Shown piece by piece: positions 48,580 through 61,900 of a stretch of DNA of 64,000 nt; the first letter of the stretch is position 1; every line of letters starts with the position of its first letter. The stretch covers positions 186,001-250,000 of the forward strand of contig CM039003.1 of the NCBI GenBank assembly GCA_017499595.2. Reading direction: 5' to 3'. Both the position numbers and the translations under genes were made by a program. Origin of the DNA: Psilocybe cubensis (lineage: Eukaryota). The notes beneath the pieces are model-generated. The model did no database searches. It saw only the letters and a program-made list of their open reading frames with translations, and had not been told where the DNA came from.

Positions 48580-51500
48580 ATGGCGTAGCTTATCCCTTTT
48601 ACCATTTTTTTTTCTTTCCATCTTCATTCTTCCTTCCTTTCTTCCTTTTTTTGCTTTTTTCTTCCTTGACGACTCTCTTTCACTCTTCTTTCCGAGTTCC
48701 TTGCTGGATGGTTGAATTGAGGGTGGGTGAAGGTGCAGGGAGGAAAATGGGAGGTGGAGCGAGGGAGGGGTGGGGTGAGGTCAGGTAGGGAGGAACTTCA
48801 ACAAGGATAGGGAGGGGCTTGAATATCATTTATACTCGCACCTCGCACCTTCTCTTTCACCTTGTTCCGGTTGGTTGTGGATAATGAACATGTGTTAATG
48901 CCGGTGGAATGCTCTTCGGTTTCTTTTTTTTTTTTTTTCTTACCTAGTCTTTTTCACTTGATACCGCTTCTTTCTTGATTTTGATTGATGATCCACTTTT
49001 GACTCTTCTTCTCAAATATACTGCTGCTGCTGCACCTCCTGACTGCGACGAGTTGGCTATCTGTTTGTCTCTCCTTGAGCTTCTGTTGCTTTGGCTAAGC
49101 CCCTATGGATTCCGAGCGTGTATTGCAATTTGAACAATGTTTCTTTGGTTTATATACGTTGTGCTGCCAGATATACATGGCTCGCTGTTGTGATGTATTT
49201 TACGAGAAGATACTAGCTTTATATGGCATTAGATACCTTATTGAGACAACCCTGAGCAAATGAGATAGAAGTTTTTTGAATTTTCGAGTCGTGTTCTGGT
49301 ATCGTACAAGCAGAGGTTAGCCCCGCCCGAAGGCCAGCAGGGTCCGCCTCTGCTCTATCTACCTATCTAGTACGTACCTGTTTGAGTTTTCCACAAGTCC
49401 GAAAATTGAACAGTCGGTTGTGGGAAGTCTACCGAGGTCTGTCGAAGAAATCTCAGCACTCGTTCGGCGTTGTCTACAACCTTGTTCTCCAAACTCATCC
49501 ACTGGCTCGCCGGAATCGAATAAAAAGTGCGCGAAAGTTGAAATACATGCCGGCAGGTGAGTACTGTAATGGTTGTAAGTGCCGGTTCATCAAGTCCATG
49601 AATCAAAGTACATACCTTGTTTGCCGGACGTCCAGAAATCAAAAAAACCGCGTGAAAGTCGAAATACATGCCCGACAGTAACCACTCTCGACACCGCTCG
49701 CCGGATGCAATAACAACTGCAAGAGGGTTAATGTGAACTTCAACAATCAACACACCTACCCATCACCAGGCAGCCAACCCTCGCTCGCCGGAACTCCAAA
49801 AATCGAAAAAAATGTGCAACGACATTCCACGGCACTGGTAAGCTGTTGTTCATTAATTTGACGCCGCTCGCCGGATGTCCAAAAATCGAAAATAGTGCGA
49901 GGCGTTAACGGGACTTCAAACGTCTGTTGAGAAAAGCTCAGTCAGTACTCGGGTCTGCAAACTATGTAACACACCTTGTTGTGCAACAACCCTCGCTCGC
50001 CGGAACTCCAAAAATCGAATAAAAAGTGCAAAGGCGGGTACTGTGTAGATGGTAAGCTGTGGCTCAACAAACTCTAGCAAATAAAGCACAAACCTTGCTC
50101 GCCGGACATCCAAAAATCAAAAAATAACTGCGCGGCATGTCCAAACATCGACTCCGTCTATGGAAGACAACTCAAGCCAACGACTAGATGTGACACGTAC
50201 GTTGGTTTCATGGCACGGCGGCAGATGAGAGCTGTGTAAAGAGATAAGTGGTGGCCCATTAAGTGTACTAGGTAACACACCTTGCTCGCCGGACGTCGAA
50301 AAATCGAATAAAACTTGCGGCTCCATAGGTAGACACTGTCGATAGAATACAGGTTCGCGGGAACTCCAAAAATCGAATAAAAAATGCAGGAGCATAAGGA
50401 CGGGATACACGTTGGGGGTTCCCCAAAACCCACTTCACTTTATATCCTTTTCCCTAATGCTTCTAGTTTATTCAACGTCACGCAATATTTGCCCGTTGCC
50501 CCCGTTTCCAAACTAGAATGTGATGTCCAATATACCTGCAAGCTAAAATTGGCTCATGTAAATTTTCAGTTGCGGTCTCCTATCCCGGTCTTTTGATTCA
50601 ACTCCGCTGCTTGTTTTCCCCAATCGCCTGTTCTTTCTCATTATCATAAATCATGCTCTCCCCGTCCTTTGTACATCAAATGCGAAATTTCAGTCTCGGT
50701 CTCCTGTTCCGGCCTTTTCAATCAAGTCCACTGCGTTCTTATTGTCATGAAGCTATGCTTCCCGTCCTTGGTGCATCAAACTCAGGTATGTATCATTTCC
50801 TATGCTTTACAATTCTTGTACCCACCACAATCCAAAAATTTTGACCCCTAGACTCAGTAGCTCGTCACTGCGCAGACTCGCGCATCGCGACCCAAGCAGC
50901 TAGTGCAAGGCAATCACCATTTAGCTGACGCGATGACCTCATGTCGTTCCAAACTACTGGACCTCAGTCAGATCGGGTATCCGACTCGCAAAATCTCTCC
51001 AGATCGTTGGTTTTCGAAGCTCAAATATTCGATTTTTAGGCTGCATTAACGTATTCAGGGTCGCATTCAGGAACACCTGAGCTGAGTAATGAGATTTCAG
51101 TAACCGACGACTCACTCAACGCCCACGAAATCCCAAGACAGCAATACGCTTCACATTCGCTTCCACGGGGTAGATTTTGTCACAGTCCCCTATTTTCTTT
51201 GACGACCTATTAATTAATACATTAAATATGTTCACAAAACGCAGACAAGGTTCACACGTAGAGTCAAAGGGTGACAGAACCAACAGGCGGAGCTCAAATT
51301 AGGCGCCCGTGAGTCCGCACTTGCTTCTACCACGACGTCACCTATCCATATCACTCCCACATCCAGTCTGACGTACCGATAACCCCACACAATACCCCCA
51401 AAAACGTCGTTCTCGCCCTCTGACTCTCAGGACAACGTTGCCACGTGGCGACTTGAACCAACATTCCCGTCTTCCGATTCATCGACGCAGGCCAGATTCG

Positions 51501-52006
51501 CGTACAAGGCACTCGGAAATATCATTCGAATAGGCTGTAAGCTCGAGTTAGGCATGTTTGAAATGAGGTAATGAGAAATTCGACTCACCCCTCGAGCTAA
51601 AAATCGAGATTTACTCGCACCGATCTCTAGATACTTCTACGCAATGTAATTACTCCAACACAGTACAACACCCCAAAACAAACTAGCATATCTTTCCAAC
51701 GTACGCGCAAGAGATAGGTGTGACGAGTCTGCGATTGAATTTTTGTATCTGCGCTGTGTCGGGTGAGTTCTCCACAAAGAGCTGTTTTGTACACCCAAAT
51801 GCGCCGCTGAATGAGGTCAAGATGTCAATCCTAGACCTCTGAATCATCCTCAGTCGACTATTAGAAGCTCCCGAAACATGGCTATGAGCGACATTGAAAT
51901 CATTCGGGCACATACGGCACCTCCTTCTCCTCGCACCCCGATACGCCATCCACCTTCCACAATAACGCTGTTTCCAGCCCAACCTTGTTAATTAACCGTT
52001 CACGTA

Positions 52007-52598
52007 AGATTGGGCTCATCAGGAACCAGCACCCCCTTAGGTAAGCAAAAGTTGGCTTACCTCCGAACCTTTTCAACCCTTCTGCACTCACACTATTCTA
52101 CATTTTTGAACCACAGATATGTAGGTTATGCTTCTTTGAACACATCTGTGGTTTTTTTTTTCAAAAAAATTTTGATCTCAAGAAGTTATAAAGATTTTAA
52201 TTTTTTTCCTTTTTTTTTAGTCTAACACGTCAGAAATGGTGTTTTCTCGAGTTTGGGAGATTTTCGAAAATTTGACAATGTTCTTTTGGCCGCTTATATA
52301 ATGGTACACGTGACCACACGTGACAATAAGTCACGCCTAAGTAATACCTCTCAGACTCATTATGGACTTCCAGAGACTACAATTTGACCTCTGAGGTGTA
52401 ATTCTATTATTGTGGGCATAAAGGCTAGTAGTAAGGATTGTATATGCACATTTATGAATTTTTTTTTTTTAAACTTTTTGTCTGAAACCATTTTCCGTCA
52501 ACATAACTTTTGATTTTTTTTTCGAGCTGGATTTTGGCCGCTCTTGGCGCCAAGCCCATTGATTACGTAAGGGTGCTGGTTTCTGATGAGCCCAATCT
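52007..52598. mobile_element. 592-bp Tc1/mariner-type MITE
   Basis: TIR AGATTGGGCTCATCAG(G/A)AACCAGCACCC, TA duplication at 52005-06 and 52599-600, AT-rich non-coding interior. The empty site CACGTAAGCTTC is seen in copies 1 (~42183) and 3 (~62412). Confidence 0.95.
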
Positions 52599-55500
52599 TA
52601 AGCTTCTAGTACCTTTCGTAACGATATTCAGCGGCGAACTGACCTTTGAATTGCGTTTGCAGCGGCCACGTAGACGTTGTCCCCGGGAAGCGCCTGGTAA
52701 GATCTTGCAATTCTACGCGTTTTCGAGAGGTTTTTGAGGCTAATACTGACTGGAACTGTGTTCTGAATAGGGGTTGGACGGTTTGCGATGCGAAGAGCAA
52801 CACAAAACGTTGGGAATGAACAAATACATCACGTTTGGTTCAATGTACACCAAACAGCGAATTTCGTTGTTTTCTTTGAACTACACATTTCAAACTGCTC
52901 ACAGATAGACATCCCAGCACTGCATAGCATCTCTCAATGTCCCTGCAAGCTCCCGCGATCACAGGGTAAGCAATCCAATTCAACGGAGATTGTTCTCCTC
53001 GCACCTTCCCTCGACGCGAAATTGCATGTACGTCGTTTTTCCGGCTTCCATTGGCCCCCTGTGAGTCATCTCGTAACGGTTATGTACGTGAATAATAGGC
53101 TGAAACGGTTGGAATTTTTGTGGAAGACGGAAATGCGGAGTGAATGAAAATATTGCGAATACGAGTGTTGGCGCATCCGGACCATGTCTGCGATGCGCGG
53201 TAGTTGTATAGCTACCTAGAGTGATATATCTATCTTATCTATCGTGTCTTATTCTGTTTTCATAATGTCTGGCTCGTCGAGTGCAATAAAATGAATACCT
53301 ACAAACACATCACGCCAAATCTAACAAACACAGCGATTCGCAACTCTCTCCAAATTCCCGTCGATTTAAAGTAATATACACACCTGGATATATTGTATAC
53401 TCTAACCCTGCACTACAGAAATCAATCAGCAAAAGTACAAACCATTGAATACCAATCGAACAACCAAATCCACAACATGACATGACACACCCTCGCCTCC
53501 CGCCCAAATTCACAATTACACACCCGTTCAAAACGCTAGAAACACCTGGCTAGTCTATTCGGCTCTCGGCTCGGGTCTGGTCCGATCAAGGGTCCTGTCA
53601 GGTATATTGAGAAGGCCTTCGTAGTTTACTGTACGTTGGTATGTGTGCTCCTTCAGTAGATATTGCGAATGGCGTTGTAATTGATGTACGTACGTTTAAT
53701 TGAGAGTAGGTGGAGATATTGGTATACCATTACATGCCTGCTTGACTTTGGAAAAGTGTGAGTTGAGACGGGGATGGTTGAAAAAGAAAATGTGAACACT
53801 CGAGGACTCCTGCAGAACGCGAATGCGTGAAAACAAGCAAAAAACACATTTCATTCACCATAACCATGTTACTACAAACATTAGAATAGTAAGTACCCCT
53901 AAGAATACACTACACCCAACTGTCCAAAGACCCTCGAACTCGATTTTCAAAAATGTATCACTCACCTCACCCGACCTTCCTCTCCTCCCGATCTTCCGCA
54001 CTAACGGGCTGAAAAACACCTCTGGATTGTTACCACTCGCCCCTGAAGCATCCGAAGTCGCCGAAGCCGTAATAATAATACCAAATTTCACAGAAAAAAT
54101 TGGCAACTTACGTTTTGTAATTTTGTTGAACGTTGCATGTGGACGTAGTTCTCCTTCAGTAGATATTGCGAATGCCGTTGTAGTTGTTGTACGTACGTTG
54201 AAATGAGAGAGAGTGGAGATATTGGCATACTGGTACATCCAGTGGTTGACTTTTGAGAGATGTGAGTTGAGATGATGGGTATTTGGAAATGTTACAGAGA
54301 GATATCTTCACCCGAACGTGAATGCTTGAAAAACACATAAAACACATTTCATTGGCAATCCTACTACTCACATTGTGCAGATGGTACATCTATAGGTATC
54401 CTACGACCCACCCAGCAATACTCGAACTCGATTTTCGAAATGTATGGCTCACCTCACATCACCCTCTCCCAACCTCCTTCTCCTCCCGATCTTCCGCACT
54501 AACGGGCTGAAAAAAACGTCTGGATTCCTACCACTCGTCCCTGAAGCTCCGAGGTCACCGCAGCCGTAATCCCAATACCAAAATATATCGCCAACTTACG
54601 TTCATTCCTTTCGTTTTGCTCGTTCGCCGGGCTTGATCCTCGTCGATTCACGCACAATTGTGCAATTGTACAACCCTAGAAGGATTGCGTGCGTTATCTG
54701 CTATGCATATGGAGCGACTCCTGAGCTTACCTGGCTGGTTACAGACTTTCAGACACCCAGACAACTCGTCGAAGACCCAATGATCCTCTTGACCCCGATA
54801 CGACCCTCCGCTTCCATTTCAAAAACAACGCAATTTCCGCTGCATTCGACGTATCCAGGGTGTTGTAAGCTAGTGTATATTGCCAACGTAATGCACTAGA
54901 GAGGTTCCGAAATTTTGTTTTCGAGGTTAGTTGCATTCGGAATTGAGAGATTGGAGATGGGTACGTACGCATTGTGCAGCAAAGAATGCAATCCGGAGCT
55001 TTCTACGTGTGTTCCAGTGTTGTTTTGGGAGACTCCTATTCACATTGAGGTGTGCTTCGATCGAAGGTCGAATGCTCGATAACTGAAAACACGATGAAAA
55101 GAGAGGGCGAATGCAAACATCTTGTGCACATTCAAGCCCGATTCGTGTCTCGCCGATTAGACCCAATAGCGGAGATCCCGACGCCTAGAACAAACGACAG
55201 CCTCGAAAGAATATATTGAACGAATCACGTACCCAGATTCAAAAGTAAAAAGCGAGATTTGAAGGGAATCGCAACCTATTCCGGATGTCGTCACAGGGAG
55301 GAAAACACGAAAATAACACACCCGGGCTAGCGCGACGGGTTCCGTGTGGATGTACGTACACGGGCGTGTCGCGCTAGTATAAAGGCAGGCGTGTGGTGGT
55401 GTGTTTTTCCTCATCCCCTCTTGGGGTTCTCGGCCTCGTCTCCTCCTCCTCTCCTCAAGGTAAGCGCGATTCTCCTTGAGCGCGTCGGTTGACTGTTGAA

Positions 55501-57597
55501 CATTGAACTCGCAGGTTTTGGTGCTGGGCCGCGTCGGGACGAATCCTGCTTGCTGGTGAGTGTTGCCACTGGCTTGTGTGCACTGCTGATGCTCTTGTTG
55601 CAGATAGTGTGCTCGTTGTGGCGGGTGTTGGTGTCTCCGTAAGTCGGGTTTTCTTTACCTCGACGCGTCGTAGAGTCTCTGTTGATGTATAATGACACAG
55701 CGGACAACACGTCATGCGGCGGAGGTGCTGGACTGTGGGGGTCGCATTGGGGTGTGCTGTAGGCAGGTAAGTCACTGTTGGTCACTGTGGGGAATGTGCT
55801 GACCGTGTCTTTTAGCAGCTCACCATTATTGCGGCCGTTGTAAGTGGTAAGTATATCCTCCTATCTCTTGGATGGCGCGGCTGATGTTGTGTTGTTGCAG
55901 ACTGGTAGGTGTTTTCACCCACTTGAAGACAGTGTTGATGGACGTGGCAGGTGGCGTGGACGCGAGTCGGGGAGGGCTTTCAGGTGAGTGTTCCCACAGA
56001 CTTGTGGTCATTCCTAATGCTTTGACAGCGTGCTCGTTGTTGCGGGTGCTGCCGTCTAGGTCAGTCGGCTTTCCTTTACCTCGTCGCGTCTGTTGACGTG
56101 GGATGAGACAGCGGACCTTGGAGATGCTGAACGCGTCATTCGGCGGAGGGGGACTGTCAGGGTCGCATCGGGATGTGCTGCAGGCAGGCAAGCAAGTCAA
56201 TGTTGGTGAGTGTGGGGAATGTGCTGACCGTGTATTTGAGCAGCTCACTGTTGCCGCCTTGTAGACTTGTCGGACGAGCTAGATGGCGGGGAGCGAGGTA
56301 GGTGTCTCCACCTTTTTGAAGGACAATGCTGATATTCGACGTGTCTAGTGGTGTAGACGCGAGTCGGGGCCTGCTCGAGGGTGAGTGTTTCCCCTGGCTT
56401 GTGTGCATTGCTAATGCTTTGACAGTTTTCTCGTCGTTGCGGGTGCTGGTGTCTAGGTGAGTCGGCTTTAATTTACACCGTCGCGTCGTAGAGCCTGTTG
56501 ACGTAGGATGAGACAGTGATAGTCGACGCGTCATTTGGCGGAGGTGCTGGACTGTGGGGTCGCATCGGGATGTTCTCCAGGCAGGCAAGTCAGTGTTGGT
56601 GACTGTGAGGAACATGCTGACCGTGTATTTGAGCAGCTCCGTGAACTTGGCATTGGGAACTTTTAACTGGTAAGCGTGCGCTTGATATTGAAGGTCAATG
56701 CTGATGTCGTGTTTTCTCTGATATTGTAGGGGTAAGCTGGCCGACGAGGAGTCCCCGGTGACCTGCTGTCGCTGTTATCGCAGCTAGCGACCTCGTTGCT
56801 ATACAGGTGAGTCGGGATTTCTTTGTGTAACAATGTACTCACCTTGACGCGTTGTAGATGAGAAAGCGGAACACGACAGTCGACAATATCAGGCAAGTCG
56901 GCCTTTTCTCTCCACGGGAGTCTGCTCACTGTACTTCCCAGGACACCTGTCCGTCATTTTTGGCGTGTGCTGGACGCGTATTTGGCCTGCCGAAGGAGCT
57001 CCCGATTGACGAGCTTGTTGGAGTGTGACCTGGTAAGTGACGGACATGTCTGCTGGCAAGAAAGAGACACAGACTCACCAAGGTGTCGGTGGCGCGGCGG
57101 CGGCGGTATGGATCAGGGAGGGACGTGTGGAATGAGGTGAAGAACGCGGCTCCAAACTGTCGACGGCGAGGATGCGTCCCGCTGGCGGTGGTGATGGATG
57201 TTGGAGGGACGCGTCAGGCCAACTGCTTGCTGTCGCGGAAAGGCATGGCTGGCGTGATGGACATTGCTGCACCAGTCGGGATGGTTGTAAAAGTCGGGCA
57301 TGATTGTGGAGCAGACCGGCGCGGGCAGCCGCGCTGGGGTTCATCTCTCTTTACGCGACAGCGGCAAGGCAGCGGAGAGGCGGTGTGATGCGCCAAGGCG
57401 GTGCGCCTGTTTACACGCACAGGGCAGAGGCCGTTCGTAATCCTGGCATTCAAGTTCCGCTTTAAAACGGTGGTATCATACATTCGTTGACGGGGCCGCT
57501 TTGCTCACAACCATCCCCCCTGCTCGTCGCCAGCCCCGCTCCCCAGCATCTAATACATCTATTCACGCACGTCGCCGCACAACCGCCCCCGAGAACC

Positions 57598-58991
57598 ATG
57601 TCGGAAATCAAAGGAACCTTGTCATCGTTGGTGATGGTGCTTGCGGAAAGGTATGATCGGCTTTTGACCAGCTCAGAGAACGTCAGCTTGCATGCTGATC
57701 ATCGTCACCCGTCTAGACTTGCCTTTTGATTGTGTTATCCAAAGTCATATTCCCAGAGGTACGTGCATCGTTAGCCGCCGTTCAGCCAGCCGAGGTGTGC
57801 GGCTTGCTGCTCCTCATTGCACCGTCTTGTGGGGTGTTTAGGCAGCTCCAGCGAATCCCTGGCGGCTTCGTCCGAGGTGTGGAAGGCTGATATTGGCGTT
57901 CAACTCTAGGTCTATGTGCCCACCGTGTTCGAGAACTACGTTGCCGATGTCGAGGTCGATGGCAAGCACGTGGAGCTTGCTCTATGGGATACGGCCGGCC
58001 AGGAAGACTACGATCGTCTACGCCCTCTCAGTTATCCTGATTCGCATGTCATCCTCATCTGCTTCGCTGTCGACTCCCCCGATTCGCTTGATAACGTCCA
58101 GGAGAAGGTGTGTCTTGCCTTTCTGTCATTCCCCCTGCCTACATTTTTTTGGGGATAACATCGGATACGGCAATTTGCTAATGTCGTTGTTTTGTGGTTC
58201 CCTGCTTTTTAGTGGATTTCCGAAGTTATGCATTTCTGTGCCGGCCTGCCTATCATTCTTGTCGGCTGCAAAAAGGATCTCAGACGTGACCCCCGTGTGA
58301 TTGAGGAGCTTAGGAAGACGAGCCAGCGACCCGTAACCCCCGAAGAGGTGCGTTTTTCTTGTTTTTTCTTTTTCCTACATCACATTTCTTGTTTTCGTAC
58401 GACTTTGGTGTGATGAGGGGCGAGGTGTGTACACGCCCCGACCCCTTATCTGAGCGCCATTTTTGTGACATTTTTACGCTTCGTTCGAATCTGAACAACG
58501 TCATTCTTTTTTTGATGTCCTGTTTATCACCATTGCCTCGTTCCCGCTTTTCTTATCCACATTGTGATCCCCGTCGCCACCGACATTGACGCCGTTTTTC
58601 AATCCAAATTTTATTATTTTTCCATGCATCATGTTTTATTTATTCCAACTTGGTACTAACCATCGTCATCTTGTCATGCTTCTCTTATCCACATTGTGAT
58701 CCCCCTTGCCACCGACATTGACGCTGTTTTTCAATATAAATCTCATTATTATTATTTTATGCATCATTCTTTTATACTCCTCTTTTATTTATTCCAATCT
58801 GGTACTAACCCATCGTTATCTTGTAATGTTTCTAGGGTATGGCAGTCGCCCAGAAGATTGGGGCAAAGCACTACCTCGAGTGCTCCGCCAAGTCGGGTGA
58901 GGGCGTCCGCGAAGTCTTCCAGTACGCCACCCGCGCCGCACTGCTCAGCAGAGGAAAGGGCAAGAAGAGCCACCATTGCATCGTGTTGTAG
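57598..58991 (+). pseudogene. rho1: Third rho1 copy with the same exon-1 frameshift
   Basis: Appears identical to 47186-48579 at offset 10412. Confidence 0.88.
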
Positions 58992-61900
58992 ATGGCGTAG
59001 CTTATCCCTTTTACCATTTTTTTTTCTTTCCATCTTCATTCTTCCTTCCTTTCTTCCTTTTTTTGCTTTTTTCTTCCTTGACGACTCTCTTTCACTCTTC
59101 TTTCCGAGTTCCTTGCTGGATGGTTGAATTGAGGGTGGGTGAAGGTGCAGGGAGGAAAATGGGAGGTGGAGCGAGGGAGGGGTGGGGTGAGGTCAGGTAG
59201 GGAGGAACTTCAACAAGGATAGGGAGGGGCTTGAATATCATTTATACTCGCACCTCGCACCTTCTCTTTCACCTTGTTCCGGTTGGTTGTGGATAATGAA
59301 CATGTGTTAATGCCGGTGGAATGCTCTTCGGTTTCTTTTTTTTTTTTTTTCTTACCTAGTCTTTTTCACTTGATACCGCTTCTTTCTTGATTTTGATTGA
59401 TGATCCACTTTTGACTCTTCTTCTCAAATATACTGCTGCTGCTGCACCTCCTGACTGCGACGAGTTGGCTATCTGTTTGTCTCTCCTTGAGCTTCTGTTG
59501 CTTTGGCTAAGCCCCTATGGATTCCGAGCGTGTATTGCAATTTGAACAATGTTTCTTTGGTTTATATACGTTGTGCTGCCAGATATACATGGCTCGCTGT
59601 TGTGATGTATTTTACGAGAAGATACTAGCTTTATATGGCATTAGATACCTTATTGAGACAACCCTGAGCAAATGAGATAGAAGTTTTTTGAATTTTCGAG
59701 TCGTGTTCTGGTATCGTACAAGCAGAGGTTAGCCCCGCCCGAAGGCCAGCAGGGTCCGCCTCTGCTCTATCTACCTATCTAGTACGTACCTGTTTGAGTT
59801 TTCCACAAGTCCGAAAATTGAACAGTCGGTTGTGGGAAGTCTACCGAGGTCTGTCGAAGAAATCTCAGCACTCGTTCGGCGTTGTCTACAACCTTGTTCT
59901 CCAAACTCATCCACTGGCTCGCCGGAATCGAATAAAAAGTGCGCGAAAGTTGAAATACATGCCGGCAGGTGAGTACTGTAATGGTTGTAAGTGCCGGTTC
60001 ATCAAGTCCATGAATCAAAGTACATACCTTGTTTGCCGGACGTCCAGAAATCAAAAAAACCGCGTGAAAGTCGAAATACATGCCCGACAGTAACCACTCT
60101 CGACACCGCTCGCCGGATGCAATAACAACTGCAAGAGGGTTAATGTGAACTTCAACAATCAACACACCTACCCATCACCAGGCAGCCAACCCTCGCTCGC
60201 CGGAACTCCAAAAATCGAAAAAAATGTGCAACGACATTCCACGGCACTGGTAAGCTGTTGTTCATTAATTTGACGCCGCTCGCCGGATGTCCAAAAATCG
60301 AAAATAGTGCGAGGCGTTAACGGGACTTCAAACGTCTGTTGAGAAAAGCTCAGTCAGTACTCGGGTCTGCAAACTATGTAACACACCTTGTTGTGCAACA
60401 ACCCTCGCTCGCCGGAACTCCAAAAATCGAATAAAAAGTGCAAAGGCGGGTACTGTGTAGATGGTAAGCTGTGGCTCAACAAACTCTAGCAAATAAAGCA
60501 CAAACCTTGCTCGCCGGACATCCAAAAATCAAAAAATAACTGCGCGGCATGTCCAAACATCGACTCCGTCTATGGAAGACAACTCAAGCCAACGACTAGA
60601 TGTGACACGTACGTTGGTTTCATGGCACGGCGGCAGATGAGAGCTGTGTAAAGAGATAAGTGGTGGCCCATTAAGTGTACTAGGTAACACACCTTGCTCG
60701 CCGGACGTCGAAAAATCGAATAAAACTTGCGGCTCCATAGGTAGACACTGTCGATAGAATACAGGTTCGCGGGAACTCCAAAAATCGAATAAAAAATGCA
60801 GGAGCATAAGGACGGGATACACGTTGGGGGTTCCCCAAAACCCACTTCACTTTATATCCTTTTCCCTAATGCTTCTAGTTTATTCAACGTCACGCAATAT
60901 TTGCCCGTTGCCCCCGTTTCCAAACTAGAATGTGATGTCCAATATACCTGCAAGCTAAAATTGGCTCATGTAAATTTTCAGTTGCGGTCTCCTATCCCGG
61001 TCTTTTGATTCAACTCCGCTGCTTGTTTTCCCCAATCGCCTGTTCTTTCTCATTATCATAAATCATGCTCTCCCCGTCCTTTGTACATCAAATGCGAAAT
61101 TTCAGTCTCGGTCTCCTGTTCCGGCCTTTTCAATCAAGTCCACTGCGTTCTTATTGTCATGAAGCTATGCTTCCCGTCCTTGGTGCATCAAACTCAGGTA
61201 TGTATCATTTCCTATGCTTTACAATTCTTGTACCCACCACAATCCAAAAATTTTGACCCCTAGACTCAGTAGCTCGTCACTGCGCAGACTCGCGCATCGC
61301 GACCCAAGCAGCTAGTGCAAGGCAATCACCATTTAGCTGACGCGATGACCTCATGTCGTTCCAAACTACTGGACCTCAGTCAGATCGGGTATCCGACTCG
61401 CAAAATCTCTCCAGATCGTTGGTTTTCGAAGCTCAAATATTCGATTTTTAGGCTGCATTAACGTATTCAGGGTCGCATTCAGGAACACCTGAGCTGAGTA
61501 ATGAGATTTCAGTAACCGACGACTCACTCAACGCCCACGAAATCCCAAGACAGCAATACGCTTCACATTCGCTTCCACGGGGTAGATTTTGTCACAGTCC
61601 CCTATTTTCTTTGACGACCTATTAATTAATACATTAAATATGTTCACAAAACGCAGACAAGGTTCACACGTAGAGTCAAAGGGTGACAGAACCAACAGGC
61701 GGAGCTCAAATTAGGCGCCCGTGAGTCCGCACTTGCTTCTACCACGACGTCACCTATCCATATCACTCCCACATCCAGTCTGACGTACCGATAACCCCAC
61801 ACAATACCCCCAAAAACGTCGTTCTCGCCCTCTGACTCTCAGGACAACGTTGCCACGTGGCGACTTGAACCAACATTCCCGTCTTCCGATTCATCGACGC

